A stretch of DNA of 62,888 bases, filler included, from Octopus bimaculoides (lineage: Eukaryota), in the NCBI RefSeq assembly GCF_001194135.2. It is 7 parts of 7 records of this genome, joined end to end, with 100 filler letters (N's around TTAATTAATTAA, not from the genome) between each part and the next. Parts side by side here need not be neighbours in the genome. Positions count along the whole stretch, not along the records: positions 36,807 to 51,934 come from NC_068982.1; positions 52,035 to 54,768 come from NC_068981.1; 5 more parts are not named here. The stretch is one strand, 5' to 3'. Both the position numbers and the translations under genes were made by a program. Below are positions 38,574 through 52,105 of the stretch, in pieces; position 1 is the stretch's first letter, and each line of letters opens with the position of its first letter. The notes below the pieces were generated by a model that made no database searches, was not told where the DNA came from, and saw nothing but the letters and a program-made list of their open reading frames with translations.

Positions 38574-40155
38574 ATATATATACATATGTTTATATATGTA
38601 TGTATACATACATATGTATATAAATAGGTATGTATATATATACATATACACACATATATGTTACATATATATACATATACATACACATGTACATGTATAT
38701 ACATATACATACACATGTATATGTATATATATATATATNNNNNNNNNNNNNNNNNNNNNNNNNNNNNNNNNNNNNNNNNNNNNNNNNNNNNNNNNNNNNN
38801 NNNNNNNNNNNNNNNNNNNNNNNNNNNNNNNNNNNNNNNNNNNNNNNNNNNNNNNNNNNNNNNNNNNNNNNNNNNNNNNNNNNNNNNNNNNNNNNNNNNN
38901 NNNNNNNNNNNNNNNNNNNNNNNNNNNNNNNNNNNNNNNNNNNNNNNNNNNNNNNNNNNNNNNNNNNNNNNNNNNNNNNNNNNNNNNNNNNNNNNNNNNN
39001 NNNNNNNNNNNNNNNNNNNNNNNNNNNNNNNNNNNNNNNNNNNNNNNNNNNNNNNNNNNNNNNNNNNNNNNNNNNNNNNNNNNNNNNNNNNNNNNNNNNN
39101 NNNNNNNNNNNNNNNNNNNNNNNNNNNNNNNNNNNNNNNNNNNNNNNNNNNNNNNNNNNNNNNNNNNNNNNNNNNNNNNNNNNNNNNNNNNNNNNNNNNN
39201 NNNNNNNNNNNNNNNNNNNNNNNNNNNNNNNNNNNNNNNNNNNNNNNNNTATATATATATATATATATTAAATACATATATTAAATAAATACATAGATAG
39301 ATAGACAGACAGACAGGCAGACAGACAGACAGACAGACAGGCAGACAGATAGATAAATAGAGAGATAGATTCGAACACGCAATGTAACAATCATCAACAC
39401 CAAAAACAACAATTATAAAAACGCCATTATTGGCCCCACCAAACGCGTACCAAGACCATTAATGTGCGAAACACTCTCACAAGACACCTGAAAACTCCGA
39501 TTCGAAATCGAACGAGACTGCCTGTTACAAGTAGCAATCAGAATCCTTGAAATCTTATATGAATCCTATAAATTTCAAATGCTTGTATAAATAATGAAAT
39601 ATGCACTGGTTTCAGAAGTTTCCAATGTACACTGGATGGACATGGCTGTATTGCCTTCCATCATATATTGTCTAGTCAACACCAACATTGTGTGAATCAG
39701 TAACAGCAAGAAACGAGTTTCTATAAAGACTGTCATTACAATAGCTAAGGGGAATAACTGAAATGAATCACTGACATGAATTTAAATAATTTAGATGGAG
39801 ATGGCGTATTGAAAGACTAATGAATGACTAATCAATAACTAATCAATAACTAGTGAAATATTCTCTACGCGGCTCGCTTGTTCAACTAGAAATAGAAGTA
39901 AATTCTCTGAAATCCTATCTTGCCGTCTGAAAAATGGAAGGACACAGGGTGTCACAGTAGATAGAAAAATACTGGTATTGACTGCCACACTTTTCATACT
40001 GGATGGTCACCTTCGGGGAATAAGGCCTTAAATATATTCAGAATTAAGGTTGAGCTGAGCAGCAGTAGCGACAACGACGGCGAGGACGACGACAGGAAGA
40101 AATGCAGCTACAACAACAGCAACAACAATAACAACAATCATGGGCATCCAGTCTA

Positions 40156-40430
40156 TTACGAGTGAGGTACTGAAAAGTTGTTGTAATTAGGAAATACGGG
40201 CGGATCAGGTAATTATGATTTTATTTAACAACTTCAGTCACTTATTGCAGCGGTCCTTCAGTTTTTCTAAGCTCTGTAAAAAGAACTCGGAAGATTGAGC
40301 TTCCGACCAGGCCTCTGTAGAAGTGATCATTTCCGAATCGAAGTGAATTCGTTCTCTTGAAATGTTTCTTCAGTTGTGGAAAGAGGTGATGGTAGGTGGC
40401 GGCAATGGCTCTGAACATTCTCCAAACCAA
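40156..40430 (-). mobile_element. Mariner 3' fragment
   Basis: YHHLFPQLKKH motif and a TA-CGAG...CTGAAAAGTT terminal repeat. Confidence 0.7.
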
Positions 40431-40947
40431 GTGCGCAAGGAATTCTCTTGAAATAACCATCCTTTTCCCTTGTCATCTCGCAGAAGATTCTGCTATATAG
40501 CATTCTTCAATTCAAAGACTTGATAACACTTTCTTCGGAACGATCATATTTCTTCGCCTCAAGACTTTCTGGATAACTTGTACCTGTAACATCTTCCCAG
40601 GTCTACCTTCATATGATGAGGCATTTTCTTATAGATTGTGATAGCTGACATGTCTCATTCCTTTACGAAATAAATTCATTGTGTTGGTTTCTCCTGCGAT
40701 TGCTGTTTGTTGCTGCCCACCTACTCCCCACCCTGTAATTGTGCATCAGAAGACTCTAGTCTTGACCCCTACATCTATATGTTACTTAGGTTTGGGCTGT
40801 ATGACACCTTTACAGGATTTTATCAGCTATAATAATTTTGCATAGCCCTGATGTTGTGTTCAAACACTAAACAAAAGATACTTGTCTGTATTTTGTCTCC
40901 CATCTAATCCAATCATTATGTCTGGCCTCTGTCTTTGTCAGTATTTT

Positions 40948-41028
<81 letters not shown>

Positions 41029-41341
41029 CTTTATAAAAGTAGCCATATAGCTGACAGTCAATTTGTTTATTTCAATTTTATAACAATTTTCTTGTATTTA
41101 TATTCATACAACTCAAACGACTGCCACTTACACGTATATTTTGCCACGCAGACGACTGTCTGACTTCGATTAAAGTTCTATAGCCGTGATCTCTTGAAGT
41201 TTTGACCAGGATGTTGCCTTCGTTACAACCTCTTGTCTACAATATTTCAGTTAACTAATCCTGCCTCTTTGTTTTTCTCTCTCTTTTATCTTTCTCTCTC
41301 TCTCTCTTTTGTCCTTCCCTCTCTCTCTTTTATCTCTCTCC

Positions 41342-41397
<56 letters not shown>

Positions 41398-41583
41398 TAC
41401 ACATAGACATACATTTACAAGCGCTCGCTCCTTTCGACAAGTTTAACCGGTTTCATGTCGAAGTGTCAGTAGCTATATTACTCTGTGGACATAGCTACCG
41501 ACCAGATCCTGTGCCTAAACATACTCGAATTTGATAAAGATTGCGCAGCTAGAATTAAATTAGTATTTGGTCTTTTGTAGCTA

Positions 41584-42765
41584 CGAGGGTGCGCTGAAAA
41601 ATTCATAAGCTATGAAGGAGTGATGCTACAACTGTCAATTTCATCAATTTCAACCTTCTTATTAATTGTTTCTTTCAGAAGTAAATAGTAGCGACTTCTC
41701 TTGAAAACCGGCAAATTTTGGCATCGTGGTGTTATTAAGTATCTGCAGAAAAGAGGGTTTGACCTCCAACAACATTTATGCTGACATGGTTGCTACATTA
41801 GGGAGTGATGCTCCAGCTTTATCAACAATTCAAAAGTGGATAGCTGAATTTAGGAGGGGAAAGGGCAGTATTGAAATTTGGACGTCCTGACACTGCACGC
41901 CATTAGGAAAACATTGACCGTGTCAACGACATAGTGATGGATGACAGATGATTGACTATAAATCAAATATTCCGTGAGAGAGTTGAGAATATTCTGCACA
42001 ACGAATTTGGTATGAGAATGGTTTCTGCTCTATGGGTGCCACATTTTCTGATACTAGATCAAAAGCGCACCAGGCTGATTACATCACGGGAAAATCTGAC
42101 ATCGCTTCGTAACCTAGGACGAGTGCTGGCGACATCACTTTGAGCTAGAGACAAAGAGACAATCCATGCAGTGGAAACAGCCCTCCTTTCCTACTCCAAA
42201 GAAGGCCAATGTCGTTTCATTTGCAGGGAGGGTCACGGCTTCAATTTTTTTTTTTTTTTTTTGGTGGGGGATGTAAAAGGCATTGTGTTTTGACTATCTT
42301 CAAAATGCCACACCATCAAGAGAGAGTATTAAGACAACTTGCTGAGGCAATTACGAAAGGTTATCAAGACCAAACACCCAGGAAAACTAACAAAAGGTAT
42401 TTTGTTTCATCAGGATAGTACTCCTGTACACAAGTCCTTGGTTTCAATGGCTGCTGTACGTGACTGACTTTGAACTGGTTGATCACCCTCCCTATTCTCT
42501 TGATTTGGCCCCATTTGATTATCATCTGTTCCCCAACATGAAAAATTATTTGGCTGAGAACCAGTATCGCAGAGATGATGTCATTGCTGTTGATTACTAT
42601 TTTGACCAACACGATGTGAGTTTCTTTACCAATGGGATACAAACACTGCTACACCTACGGAAGAAGAGCGAAGATTACAAAGGGACTATTTTGAAAAATA
42701 ACCCTCATAACGTGACATTCCATGAGAGCGTTTGGACAGCGTATGAACTTTTCAGCCGATCCTCG
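41584..42765 (+). mobile_element. Full-length fossil mariner transposon
   Basis: TIRs CGAGGGTGCGCTGAAAAATTCATAAGCT / reverse CGAGGATCGGCTGAAAAGTTCATACGCT with TA on both sides. Transposase motifs LWVPHFL and HPPYSLDLAPFDYHLF; frameshifted. Confidence 0.92.
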
Positions 42766-43029
42766 TAATGTTAAACCGTCTGCTTCTCTTCTAATTGAGA
42801 ACTTACACCCACTCTAGCTTTGGCTACGATCTGGAAGATTTTGAAAAATACTTTACGTATTTCTTCTAGGTTTTGAGTGCAAATCCCACCTTCTTGTGGA
42901 TAGGCAGAATCATAGGAGCTTTGGAAAATGCTTTGTGGTTTTTGTTTCAGCTCTTTATATTTTGAGTTCAAATTTAAAACTACCGTTCATCCTTTAGGAG
43001 TCGATGGCATTGACTAATCCCCTCCCTTC

Positions 43030-43270
43030 AAAAGTTTATGGCCTTGTATAATGTCGGCAGTCCACAAGCAGTGAACACTTTTCATTCAGACTTCGAGAAT
43101 TTTGCAGAAAATTCGTGCAGTTCCATGCAACACTGTTTTTGTAGATGCTCTATCTTCACATCTGCTCTTATCTTTTCAACTTAGTTTGTGAGCTTGGTAT
43201 TTATATTTCCCAAAGCTCCAGCACCAACAGGTATAACACTCATATTCTTCAATTACTACAGTTAACGATA
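43030..43270 (-). mobile_element. R4-type RLE 3' fragment
   Basis: SVIPVGAGALGNINTKL...IEHLQKTVLHGTARIFCKILEV. Confidence 0.7.
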
Positions 43271-43432
43271 TTGTAATATGTAAGGATCTAATGGGATCAT
43301 GAAATTGAACAAAGAAAGCCAGATATACTGAACATGAATAGAATTGAAAAAAACTTGTTTAATCATAGATATTGCATGCCCTAGTGATAATAGTGTCGGA
43401 TGTAGAAGAGAAGTAGGCCAGATGTGATAATA

Positions 43433-46400
43433 TGAAATGGGAAATAAAGTGATTTTTTTTTTTTTATTCTCTTAACTTATGATTTATCTATGTCATATCT
43501 CAGCTCCTTCCTGCAGCTTTGGGACGCAACACTTTTTTCAACACATGAGCTGTTCCAAGTATTGCTGCCAACAGAATAACATTTCATCTGAAGTTTGGTA
43601 TTTGCAGCTTTTGATGCCAGAATATTGCTCTCTTTGAGATGGTCCCACGTGTACCGACCCCAATAGAAACCACACTCACTTTTAAAATTCTATGGATTCG
43701 TTTCACTTCCAATGCTAAGTCCTGATACTTCACGGCTTTTTATCAGTATATATTGGCATATCCCATGTGCATTTCACTTGATCATTTTCTGCTACTGGCA
43801 AAGGTTGGTGCTCTTACCATTTGTTGGAACATTCTAGCCCATACTTCTTGTAAAACTGCCAATGTATTCGCACTGCCACTTTGTCATGGCGTTTTTGTAC
43901 TCCTTTTGGGTTAATGTTGAGAATCCACTAATTATATGCTTGTCTCAGATAATTTTCCACTTAGTCTATACAAAGAGGACATTGTTATCTTACCAATGCT
44001 ACATTTGATTGATTTAGTACGTAATAATTGTTCTTGAGCAGCAAGAATCAGTTTTATTCCTTTCTTTTAAAAAAAAGCGTCCTAACCATCTCCAGGATAC
44101 TTCATCAGCTTCATTCGATGATTGTTGGAAAAAACTCCCTATGTAGGACTTTCTCTTTCCAGTCGATAATCTTTTCTCTATTAGTCTTCATACTGTACAC
44201 CTGCAGGATCTCACCATTGTCACTGATTACTTTGTCACTCAGTTCAGCCTGCAACATTCTTTCATCACTATTCCTCAGATAGGTATGCAATGATTTTATC
44301 TCCTTCACAACACTATCCTCTATTCCAACCAATCTTCTTCCACCTACCTTCCTAGGTAAGTAAAGCCTTGCCATATTACTTCTAGTATGAAGGCACTCAT
44401 GCATAGTCATTACCATCTTAGTTTTTTATTCATGTTGACAAGTTCTTCTTTTGTCCATTCCGCAACTCCTATGTAGTGACATAGATTTACAGTCCACGCG
44501 TTGACTCCCCTAATCAGGTTCCCTCCATTTAGCTTAAATGTACATAGCTTTTTAACTCTTCTAGTGTATTTAGAAGAAATTTTCTCCTTCGTCTTGGTGT
44601 TTATCATCTGGCCTAATTGTAAGATACCAAGATATTTCGTTCACTATTCTTATCCGCTCATCATCTGGAAGTTGTACTCTACTGCTGTCTACTTTTCGTC
44701 CTCCCCTTATTTCAATAACAGTGTCTTTTTTTTTTTTGTACCAAATGTCATCCAGATGTCTTAAGAGAGAATTCATACAGTCTGCATAAGGGAATCAAAT
44801 TGACCTCTGTTAGCTTTGTAAAGCTTCAAATCATCCATAAACAGCTGGTGGTTGATTGGTCTTATGTTTTTCTGCAGTTTGTAACCAGCTCCCATCTTTC
44901 TCAGTACAATGGAAAGTGGTAACATAGAAACAATTAACAGACAGGGTAACACTGAGTCACATTGAAAGATTCCTCTCTTGATGCTGGCTTATCTAGTTTC
45001 TCTTCCACCTGCAGTCAGAACTGTCTTCCAGTTTCTCATACTGTTTTTGAACAAATAAATCATATTTTTCCCTGCCTCGACCATCACCAGGCATTTCAGA
45101 ATCCACGAGCAAGGAACCATATCATTTGCCTTTTTATATTCAATCCAAGCCATTGATAAGCTTATCAACCTTCTTCGGTAGTTCCTGAAAATTGCCTTAT
45201 GAATCAGCAACTGATCCTTTGTTCCTCGTGATCTCTTCTTGCAGCCTTCCTTTTCACCCGCTAGTAGTTCATTTCTTTCAAGATAGTCGTAAAATTTCTT
45301 TCCCATTATCTCAGTTAGGTTCTACATCACAGGTAAACAAGAAATCGGACGATAGTTGCTGACCACGGTACCCTTGGTTGGGTCCTTCTGAATCAGCACA
45401 GTTCTTTTGGCTATCCATTCTGGTATAAATTTTTGTGCACAGCCTTGCGGGAATTTTTGTGGCTTAGGACGTAAATTCGTCAAAACTTTGAACCAAAATC
45501 CTTGAACTCGGTCTGGACCAGCTGCCATCCGATTTCTCATCTTACCAACTCCGGCTTGAATATCTTCCAAGGTGATGGAATTGTTCTCCTGTATCTCCAT
45601 GTCTTTGAATTCTTCTTCCACGTCATGAAGCTAGGGTGCCCTGTTGTCGTGTTTGATACTCTCTGACCAGATCTTTCTCCAAAACGACGCTGCTTTTTGA
45701 GTTCAGGTAACTCTGCATCTTCCTTATCTTCTCTACACAGAGACTTGTAGAAAAACTGATTTATTCTAAACAGTTGATTTTGTTTAAACTGTAGACATCT
45801 CTCGTATTTTTTAATCTGAACTCCACTCGCTTTGATCTTTTGCTTTAACATATCCGATATAAATAGAGATCCCTTATCTGCCAGATAGTATTTCTTATTC
45901 ATGTAGTTTTGTTCTCTTTCATTGAGCCTCATATTTCCTTTCCTTACTTTCTCAATCTTACTTAAATTTTCCACCATGTAGTGATACCTTCTTTTATTAT
46001 TCTTTTCCAGAATGGTTCTTTGTTTCTCTGTACTTTTTCTTTTCTAAACATTCCCATCTTCTCTATGATGACATAGGTATTGACATACATCAAGGAATTT
46101 AACTCAATAATATCCTTAATTAGAAGTCTCATGATAACTTCATTCATTTTCTTAAGTCCTGATCTTAGCTTTCTTCTATCATATGACTTCAATGACGGTA
46201 AACGTTTCCTTTCCCCAAGGAACATCATTTCCAGAATTCTGTCACGAGGAGTAGCTGGTCCTGGGCTAATTTCTTCTGGAAACTCTCTAGTTGGAGGCAC
46301 ACTAATGCCTTCTATATATTGTAGATTCCCTCCCTCCATGTCCCAACTTTGCAGATCCTCCTGTTTTATGGGTATTTCTTTGCAGATCCTCTTGTTTTAT

Positions 46401-46680
46401 GAGTAGTCCTTTGCAGCTCCTTTCTCGCCTTCTTTATAATCTTCTCTTATTCCATCTTTTCTAAACCACATTTTGGTCTTAATTTGTTCAATCTGATCTG
46501 CTAATTTTTTTCATTCATATTCTTCCGTTCTTCATATTGATATTTTTTCCAGAGTTCTGATAACCTTTTTCTATAGTCTCTTTTTTCTGGCTCACTCCTG
46601 ATATAGCATTTAAACAGCAGTTTATTATTTTCTGTTGTCCATTTTAATCTCCTTCGCTGTTGTGGGTCATCAGTAGCTTT
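43433..46680 (-). mobile_element. Near full-length decayed R4/Dong-clade non-LTR retrotransposon
   Basis: N-terminal RRRLKWTTENNK and KRLPSLK...EPFWKRII; RT motifs SNYRPISCL, GTKDQLLI, SMAWIEYKKA.D.VP, LDDI; LYLPRKVGGR; RLE tail AAILGTAHVLKKVL; polyA-like end near 43433. Many stops and frameshifts. Confidence 0.85.
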
Positions 46681-46689
46681 ATTTTGTTA

Positions 46690-47930
46690 TAATTATCACA
46701 CTATATTAGTTAGCAGAAATGTTGGTTGTGTTCAGGTACAGTGACAACAAATCTCAAATCTCGAGAATTTTTCTTAGGATTCTCGCACAATACATAAATC
46801 CACATTTCTGCAAGTTGACAATGCGAGTCTCAAGTCCAATCCCTTTCAGTCTTTTAGGAAGCATTTTGGGTGTTGTGCCAAGTGCAACAATTACCACAGG
46901 AATAATTTTTGCTTTAGTCTTCCACAAGCTCTCTGGCTTGTTCCTGATATTTCTCATTTTTTTAAAAATTCTTTGGTGTCGATTGTGTTTTGCAGTGTCG
47001 ACTGGGAATTGCAGAGTCTACGAACTTACACTACTTGTTTATTTTGTTCTCAGTAATCATATCAAATTTCTTTGCTTCAATAATATGATCTGTTTTTATG
47101 GGAAAACCGCAAAGGCCCCTGTAATTCTTATTCTCTATAACAGCCTCTAGTTTTTATTCATACGATTTTTCTGCTACTTTTAATCCACAAACTCAGTTAA
47201 CATCTCAATACACTCTTTTACCTACACATTAATGCCTGCACTTATACTCTTTCTATGTTAGCTTACTGCATTCCCTCAAGAGCCTCAAGAGATGGCTAAT
47301 AATTTCGTCTCCTTTCCAACAGATTCTGCATTTTCTTCTACCATGGGACTTTGTACCTCGCTATTTTTAACTCCAAGAACTTCCACGGCATCAGATGCTG
47401 TGCAGTATATGAAATCGTATATTTTCAACATAGATTTTCGTTAACAGCCCTTTAATTCTTTATTTAGTCTTCTTATTTCGATTCCTCACAAAGATGGTAG
47501 TCTTGCTTTCATGAGTTCGTGTTTCAACCAGGTATTGTAGTGAGTTCCTTCCTTCTCTGTAACATCCTCTCTTTCCACGATGAAAAATTTGTCTTCATCC
47601 TGGCCGTTATTTCTTTCCTGGGAATTCATTGGACTCTCTGCTATTTCTTGTTTGATTTCCTCTTCTACATACTCTCGTTCTTCATTATTCACTGTTGTGG
47701 AGATGCCTTTCAGCTCCAATTGGGATAGCCACTACCTTTTCACAATTAGTCTTTGTTCCATGATAGCCAACATGTCTTTCTGTATCCGTATTTTATATAT
47801 CTTTTTCCTGTTTCCAATTTTGGTAGGCTCGCTTTTGTAATAACATTCAGTCAGGGTTATGTTGCCATTTTGAGTCTATCTTTTCCTAATCTTTTCAGCA
47901 GCATTTGGATAACGACCAAACTCATCCTAC
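46690..47930 (-). mobile_element. Internally deleted R4/Dong element (N-terminus fused to Zn finger/RLE, RT missing)
   Basis: TECYYKSEP...MEQRL..WLSQLEL and RLPSL are followed at ~47345 directly by KCRIC..DEIISH...ECSKL..KEYK.RH, TDHIIEAK.FD and KIIPVVIVALGTTPK. Confidence 0.7.
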
Positions 47931-47959
47931 TGCGAAAGACCTTTACGGCCTTCATCTAC

Positions 47960-49175
47960 TAAGAAACTACAACCCAGAAAATCCCGATAAATTTAGGAAA
48001 GAACTACATTACATTTTAAAAACATGGGATTTTCCATTACCGTACAAACATATCTGAAATCAATCAGCTTTCTCTGTACTATTCGTTACTTAGAATCCAT
48101 TATTTATAAACTTTACGCAAAAAAATCCAGTATATACGTATCCAATCCAGCTACTCAAAAAATATAATTAATGAGCTGATAAGGAGCATATTTCTAAGAC
48201 TTTCATTTTTATCTTTCAATGAAAAAATAGTCAACAAAATAGCAACTCCATATAACGAAGCTCTTAATAATGGCTGTTACACGGAAAAAGTTCAATATAT
48301 AAACAATAACACATCCACAACAAATAAAAACATGAGTAGAAAAAAGGAAAGTTACTTTGTCCCCGCCCCTTCAACGAACAAGTCTCCACACCAGTAGCTA
48401 AATAATTCTTCAGAATACTCAAAAAAATCCTCCCACCTCAGCTACAAGAATCACAAACTAATTAACAAATACGGCATAAAAATGTCATATTCCACAACTA
48501 ATAACTCGAAAAGACTATAGCCAATTACACCAGCGTAAAGCTTTCTAAAAGTGAAAGCCAAAACCACGCACATAACAAGTGCAACTTTACAACCTCTCTA
48601 CCTTACCCTCTAAACGGAAACCGTCTCACAAGTAATATTGTCCCCAGGACAATTGTAACCCCGAACACTACAGCGCTGCTGCATACACATATATAGACAC
48701 TAGTTCTAGAAACGGTACATACAACACACACAATTTTCTCAACCCAAACAAGAAAAATTACATAACACGGCTCTGAACTATAACCACCACATTCCCAAAC
48801 AAAAGATTAAATCTCCTGATCAAGTAACCTTTTCACCTACCCACAAAAGGTTAAATCTGCTGATCAAGTAACCTTTTCACCAACCTACATTCTTTTGCGA
48901 AACCTTAAAAAAACAACTCAAAAATCTGAAGCTGACACACATGAATAGACATAACTGATTAAAAAGTTCTACGTGTATGACCGAATTCTGAACAATAACA
49001 AAATTAATCAATGTATATCTTCTAAAATACCTTTCCATTCATAACCTATTCTATAACCAAATTATTATTCAATATATCCATTTGAGAGCCTATATTATGC
49101 CAAGATGACCTCAAATGTACCAGAGACCGATGATATCTTAGCTGGTCGAAACTTCGAAGTCACTGTCAATTATAC
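47960..49175 (+). mobile_element. Penelope-like (Naiad-like) remnant
   Basis: Degenerate ELIRSIFLRLSFLSFNEKIVNKIATPYNEALNNGCY and FVPAPFNEQVSTPVAK...HKLINKYGIKMSYST, then CNF...PYPLNGNRL, with a hammerhead remnant at the 3' end. Confidence 0.65.
49098..49167 (+). ncRNA. Degenerate hammerhead downstream of Penelope ORF remnant
   Basis: (C)AAGA-UGACC...GGUC-GAAA-CUUCGAAG-UC: palindromic stem III and GUC triplet; the 5' core is eroded. Confidence 0.45.
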
Positions 49176-49216
49176 TCTTGATAAAGAATATGTATGTATG
49201 TATTTATGTGTGTGAG

Positions 49217-49288
<72 letters not shown>

Positions 49289-50162
49289 TGTATGCATGTA
49301 TGCTTGTATTATGTTTGTATGTGTATATTTATTCATATACATCCACATTTGTGTGTATGTATGTGTGAGTGTGTCTTTTCAGCATTAGCCAGAAATAAAT
49401 TATTTAATTCTGCCTCTAGATTCGTTGTTGTGCTGTTTAACGATATCTTCGCTGCATCTCTTCACCCTTAATATTATTGTGTCAGGTATCGTACGTCTAT
49501 TTATCACCATATCGTTTAGAAAGAAAGAAAGAGAGAAGAACGAAAGAAATATTGAAGTAAAGAATGAGTTCAGGAAAGAAAACCAAAAAAAAAATGGGAA
49601 CCCAAAAGCAAAAACAAACGAAGAATTGCTGGCGTCGTAGTTGGCACAGCAGTGTCGCCATTACGAAAATAAAATAAAACAGCTAAAACGTTACTTGAAA
49701 AATCGATAAAACCAACTTGAACATTAACATTAGTTTTTCTTTCCTATATTTCTTCGCACTTTACGAAACTTGAGACTAGATTTATATCATGAGCCACAAC
49801 ATATATTGTAGGCCGCTTATAATATATCATATGACACCTTTATTGGAGGATGGTGGCGTCTGGCGAAAGTTATCACAGATCATTGTCGGCTATCTCCCTT
49901 TATTTAACACGTTACAAGCCAACGTTATCGTCTTTTGTTTCTTCTATTTTTGTGTTTATTTAGTTCTTTTCTTACATCTAATGTTCATGATATTGTTGTT
50001 GTTTGACCCCAGATCTATCCTCTTTGAGTTGATCTATGATGGAAAATATTCAATTTGTAACTATCCCTTCTTTTCCTAGTTTAAGGTGGTGAAATTTAAT
50101 GCCAAGGTTGAGTGGCTGCTCTTTGAGCGACCACGTACATGCTCCTTTTGTAGTGGTGGTAG

Positions 50163-50205
<43 letters not shown>

Positions 50206-50250
50206 CTGTTTGTCTGCTTGCCTGCTTGCCTGCTTGCTTGCTTGCTTTCC
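50163..50250. repeat. (TTGC)n microsatellite
   Basis: Direct inspection. Confidence 0.95.
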
Positions 50251-51477
50251 TGCTTGGTGTCATTGTTGTTTAGCGCCAAGCAAGCCTTGTTTAAACAGAG
50301 CAATTATCAAAGCCGCACTAGTCACACCCATTCCGTCTTTATATTTTAGGGCAAGTTATCTAGAAACTACATTATCACATCTGATAATGTAGGTCTAGAT
50401 AACATGTTATCTAGGATTACTATCATCAAATGTGATAATGTCGAGTTAGATACGACGACTATATTATGGCCTTTGTCCTTTCTGTATTAAGATGATTCTG
50501 TCGGTCAAATACTCCACACACACCCTTCTTTAATATTTCGTGAAACCACTGAGGCTACATTTATTTCTCTGTTTGTGTATGTGTGTGTGTGTGTATGTGT
50601 GCGCGTGTGCATGTGTGTGTGCGCGCGCGTGTGTGTGTGTTCCTTATGTTTATTCGGGCTTAATGAGAGAGAAAGAGAGGGAGAGGGAGAGTTTTTAAAA
50701 GGCTGTAGCAATATGGTATGGTGCTGTACGGGTGCACGGTGGTGGCGTTTTATGCAATGACAGAGACTGGGGAAGTTGAAGCTTTGCTGTATCACCAAAC
50801 TGTGTCCCTCGCATATACCCTTAAGTTCAGTATTCTATCCCCTCTCCCGTTGTGACTGTCAGTTTATGGCAGTGTTCTGTGTACAACCTGTGATGATGTG
50901 TTGCTGATGTTGTTGCTGAAGTTGTTCCGTTAACATATCCGTCAACCTCCTGTTTATCTCTCCTGTTCATCTCATTCAGGAGATGACCCTAAACATTTTC
51001 CTCTTGCAATGTGCAGCCGTGGTAAATATTCTCAGAAATAGGCAGAGTGAACTAAAATATTGACGGGATTGGATGACGTCTCGAATAAGGTTTCGGGTTC
51101 TAATCTGTAATCAATTTGTCTTTTAACTTTCAAGAATCAGATAATCTGATAGCAGCGAGACCAGAACTACAACAGGGCACCAAGTCAGCACCCCAGGCCC
51201 AATATTTGAGGTATTGTGTCTACTTTACGATACAATATGATTGAAGCACCACCATCACCACCACGACCATCATCCTCATCACCACCAGCACCTCAACCAC
51301 CTCCACCATTACTATCACCACAAATACAACCATCACAAACATCATCATCATCATTCTATCCAATGTTTTCATCATTCGTCAGTCAATGTTGAATGGTTTT
51401 CTCAGCTTTCTTTTACAATTTTTTGTTTCATTTTATTATCATATTCTCGTTACCTACATACATATACTCTTTTATTC

Positions 51478-51872
51478 TTTTACTTGTTTCAGTCATTTGA
51501 CTGCAGCCATGCTGGAGCACCGCCTTTATAGTCGAACAAATCGACCCCAGAGCTTATTCTTCGTAAGCCTAGTACTTATTCTATCGTTCTTTTATGCCGA
51601 ACCACTAATTTTACGGGGACGCAAACACACCAGCATCGGTTGTCAAGCGATGCTGGGGGGACAAACAGACACACAAACATATACACATACATACATACAT
51701 ATATACATACATACGACGAGCTTCTTTCAGTTTCCGTCTCCCAAAACCACTCACAAGGGTTTGTTCGGCCCGAGGCTATAGTAGAAGACACTTACCCAAG
51801 GTGCCACGCAGTGGGACTGAACCCGGGACCATGTGGTTGGTAAGCAAGCTACTTACCACACAGCCACTCCTC
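51478..51872 (-). mobile_element. tRNA-derived SINE family A, well-preserved copy
   Basis: Head ggagtggctgtgtggtaagtagcttgc...ggttcagtcc (A/B boxes), central (TA)/(CATA) tract, tail ...cagcatggctgcagtcaaatgactgaaacaagtaa. Other copies at ~3790-4415, 9075-9222, 14000-14150, 14770-15115, 19245-19625, 23060-23160, 24590-24790, 35100-35545. Confidence 0.9.
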
Positions 51873-51893
51873 CATATATACATAAATATATAC

Positions 51894-51934
<41 letters not shown>

Positions 51935-52105
51935 NNNNNNNNNNNNNNNNNNNNNNNNNNNNNNNNNNNNNNNNNNNNTTAATTAATTAANNNNNNNNNN
52001 NNNNNNNNNNNNNNNNNNNNNNNNNNNNNNNNNNGCTGGCTGCTGTCAAACTGTCCAACCCATGCCAGTATAGAAGGCAAACGTTAAATGATGATGATGA
52101 TGATG

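Noticed and set aside
36973-39288. Long ORFs rich in Y/I/H/T/V/C (also 26545-27891, 49166-49471, 52255-52551)
   Set aside because: Translations of (TA)n, (CA)n and (ATAC)n microsatellites and N gaps.
40040-40150. Hydrophobic minus-strand ORF MIVVIVVAVVVAAFLPVVVLAVVVATAA as a signal peptide (also 56606-56830)
   Set aside because: Derived from (GTT/GTC)n simple repeats, with no splice donor.
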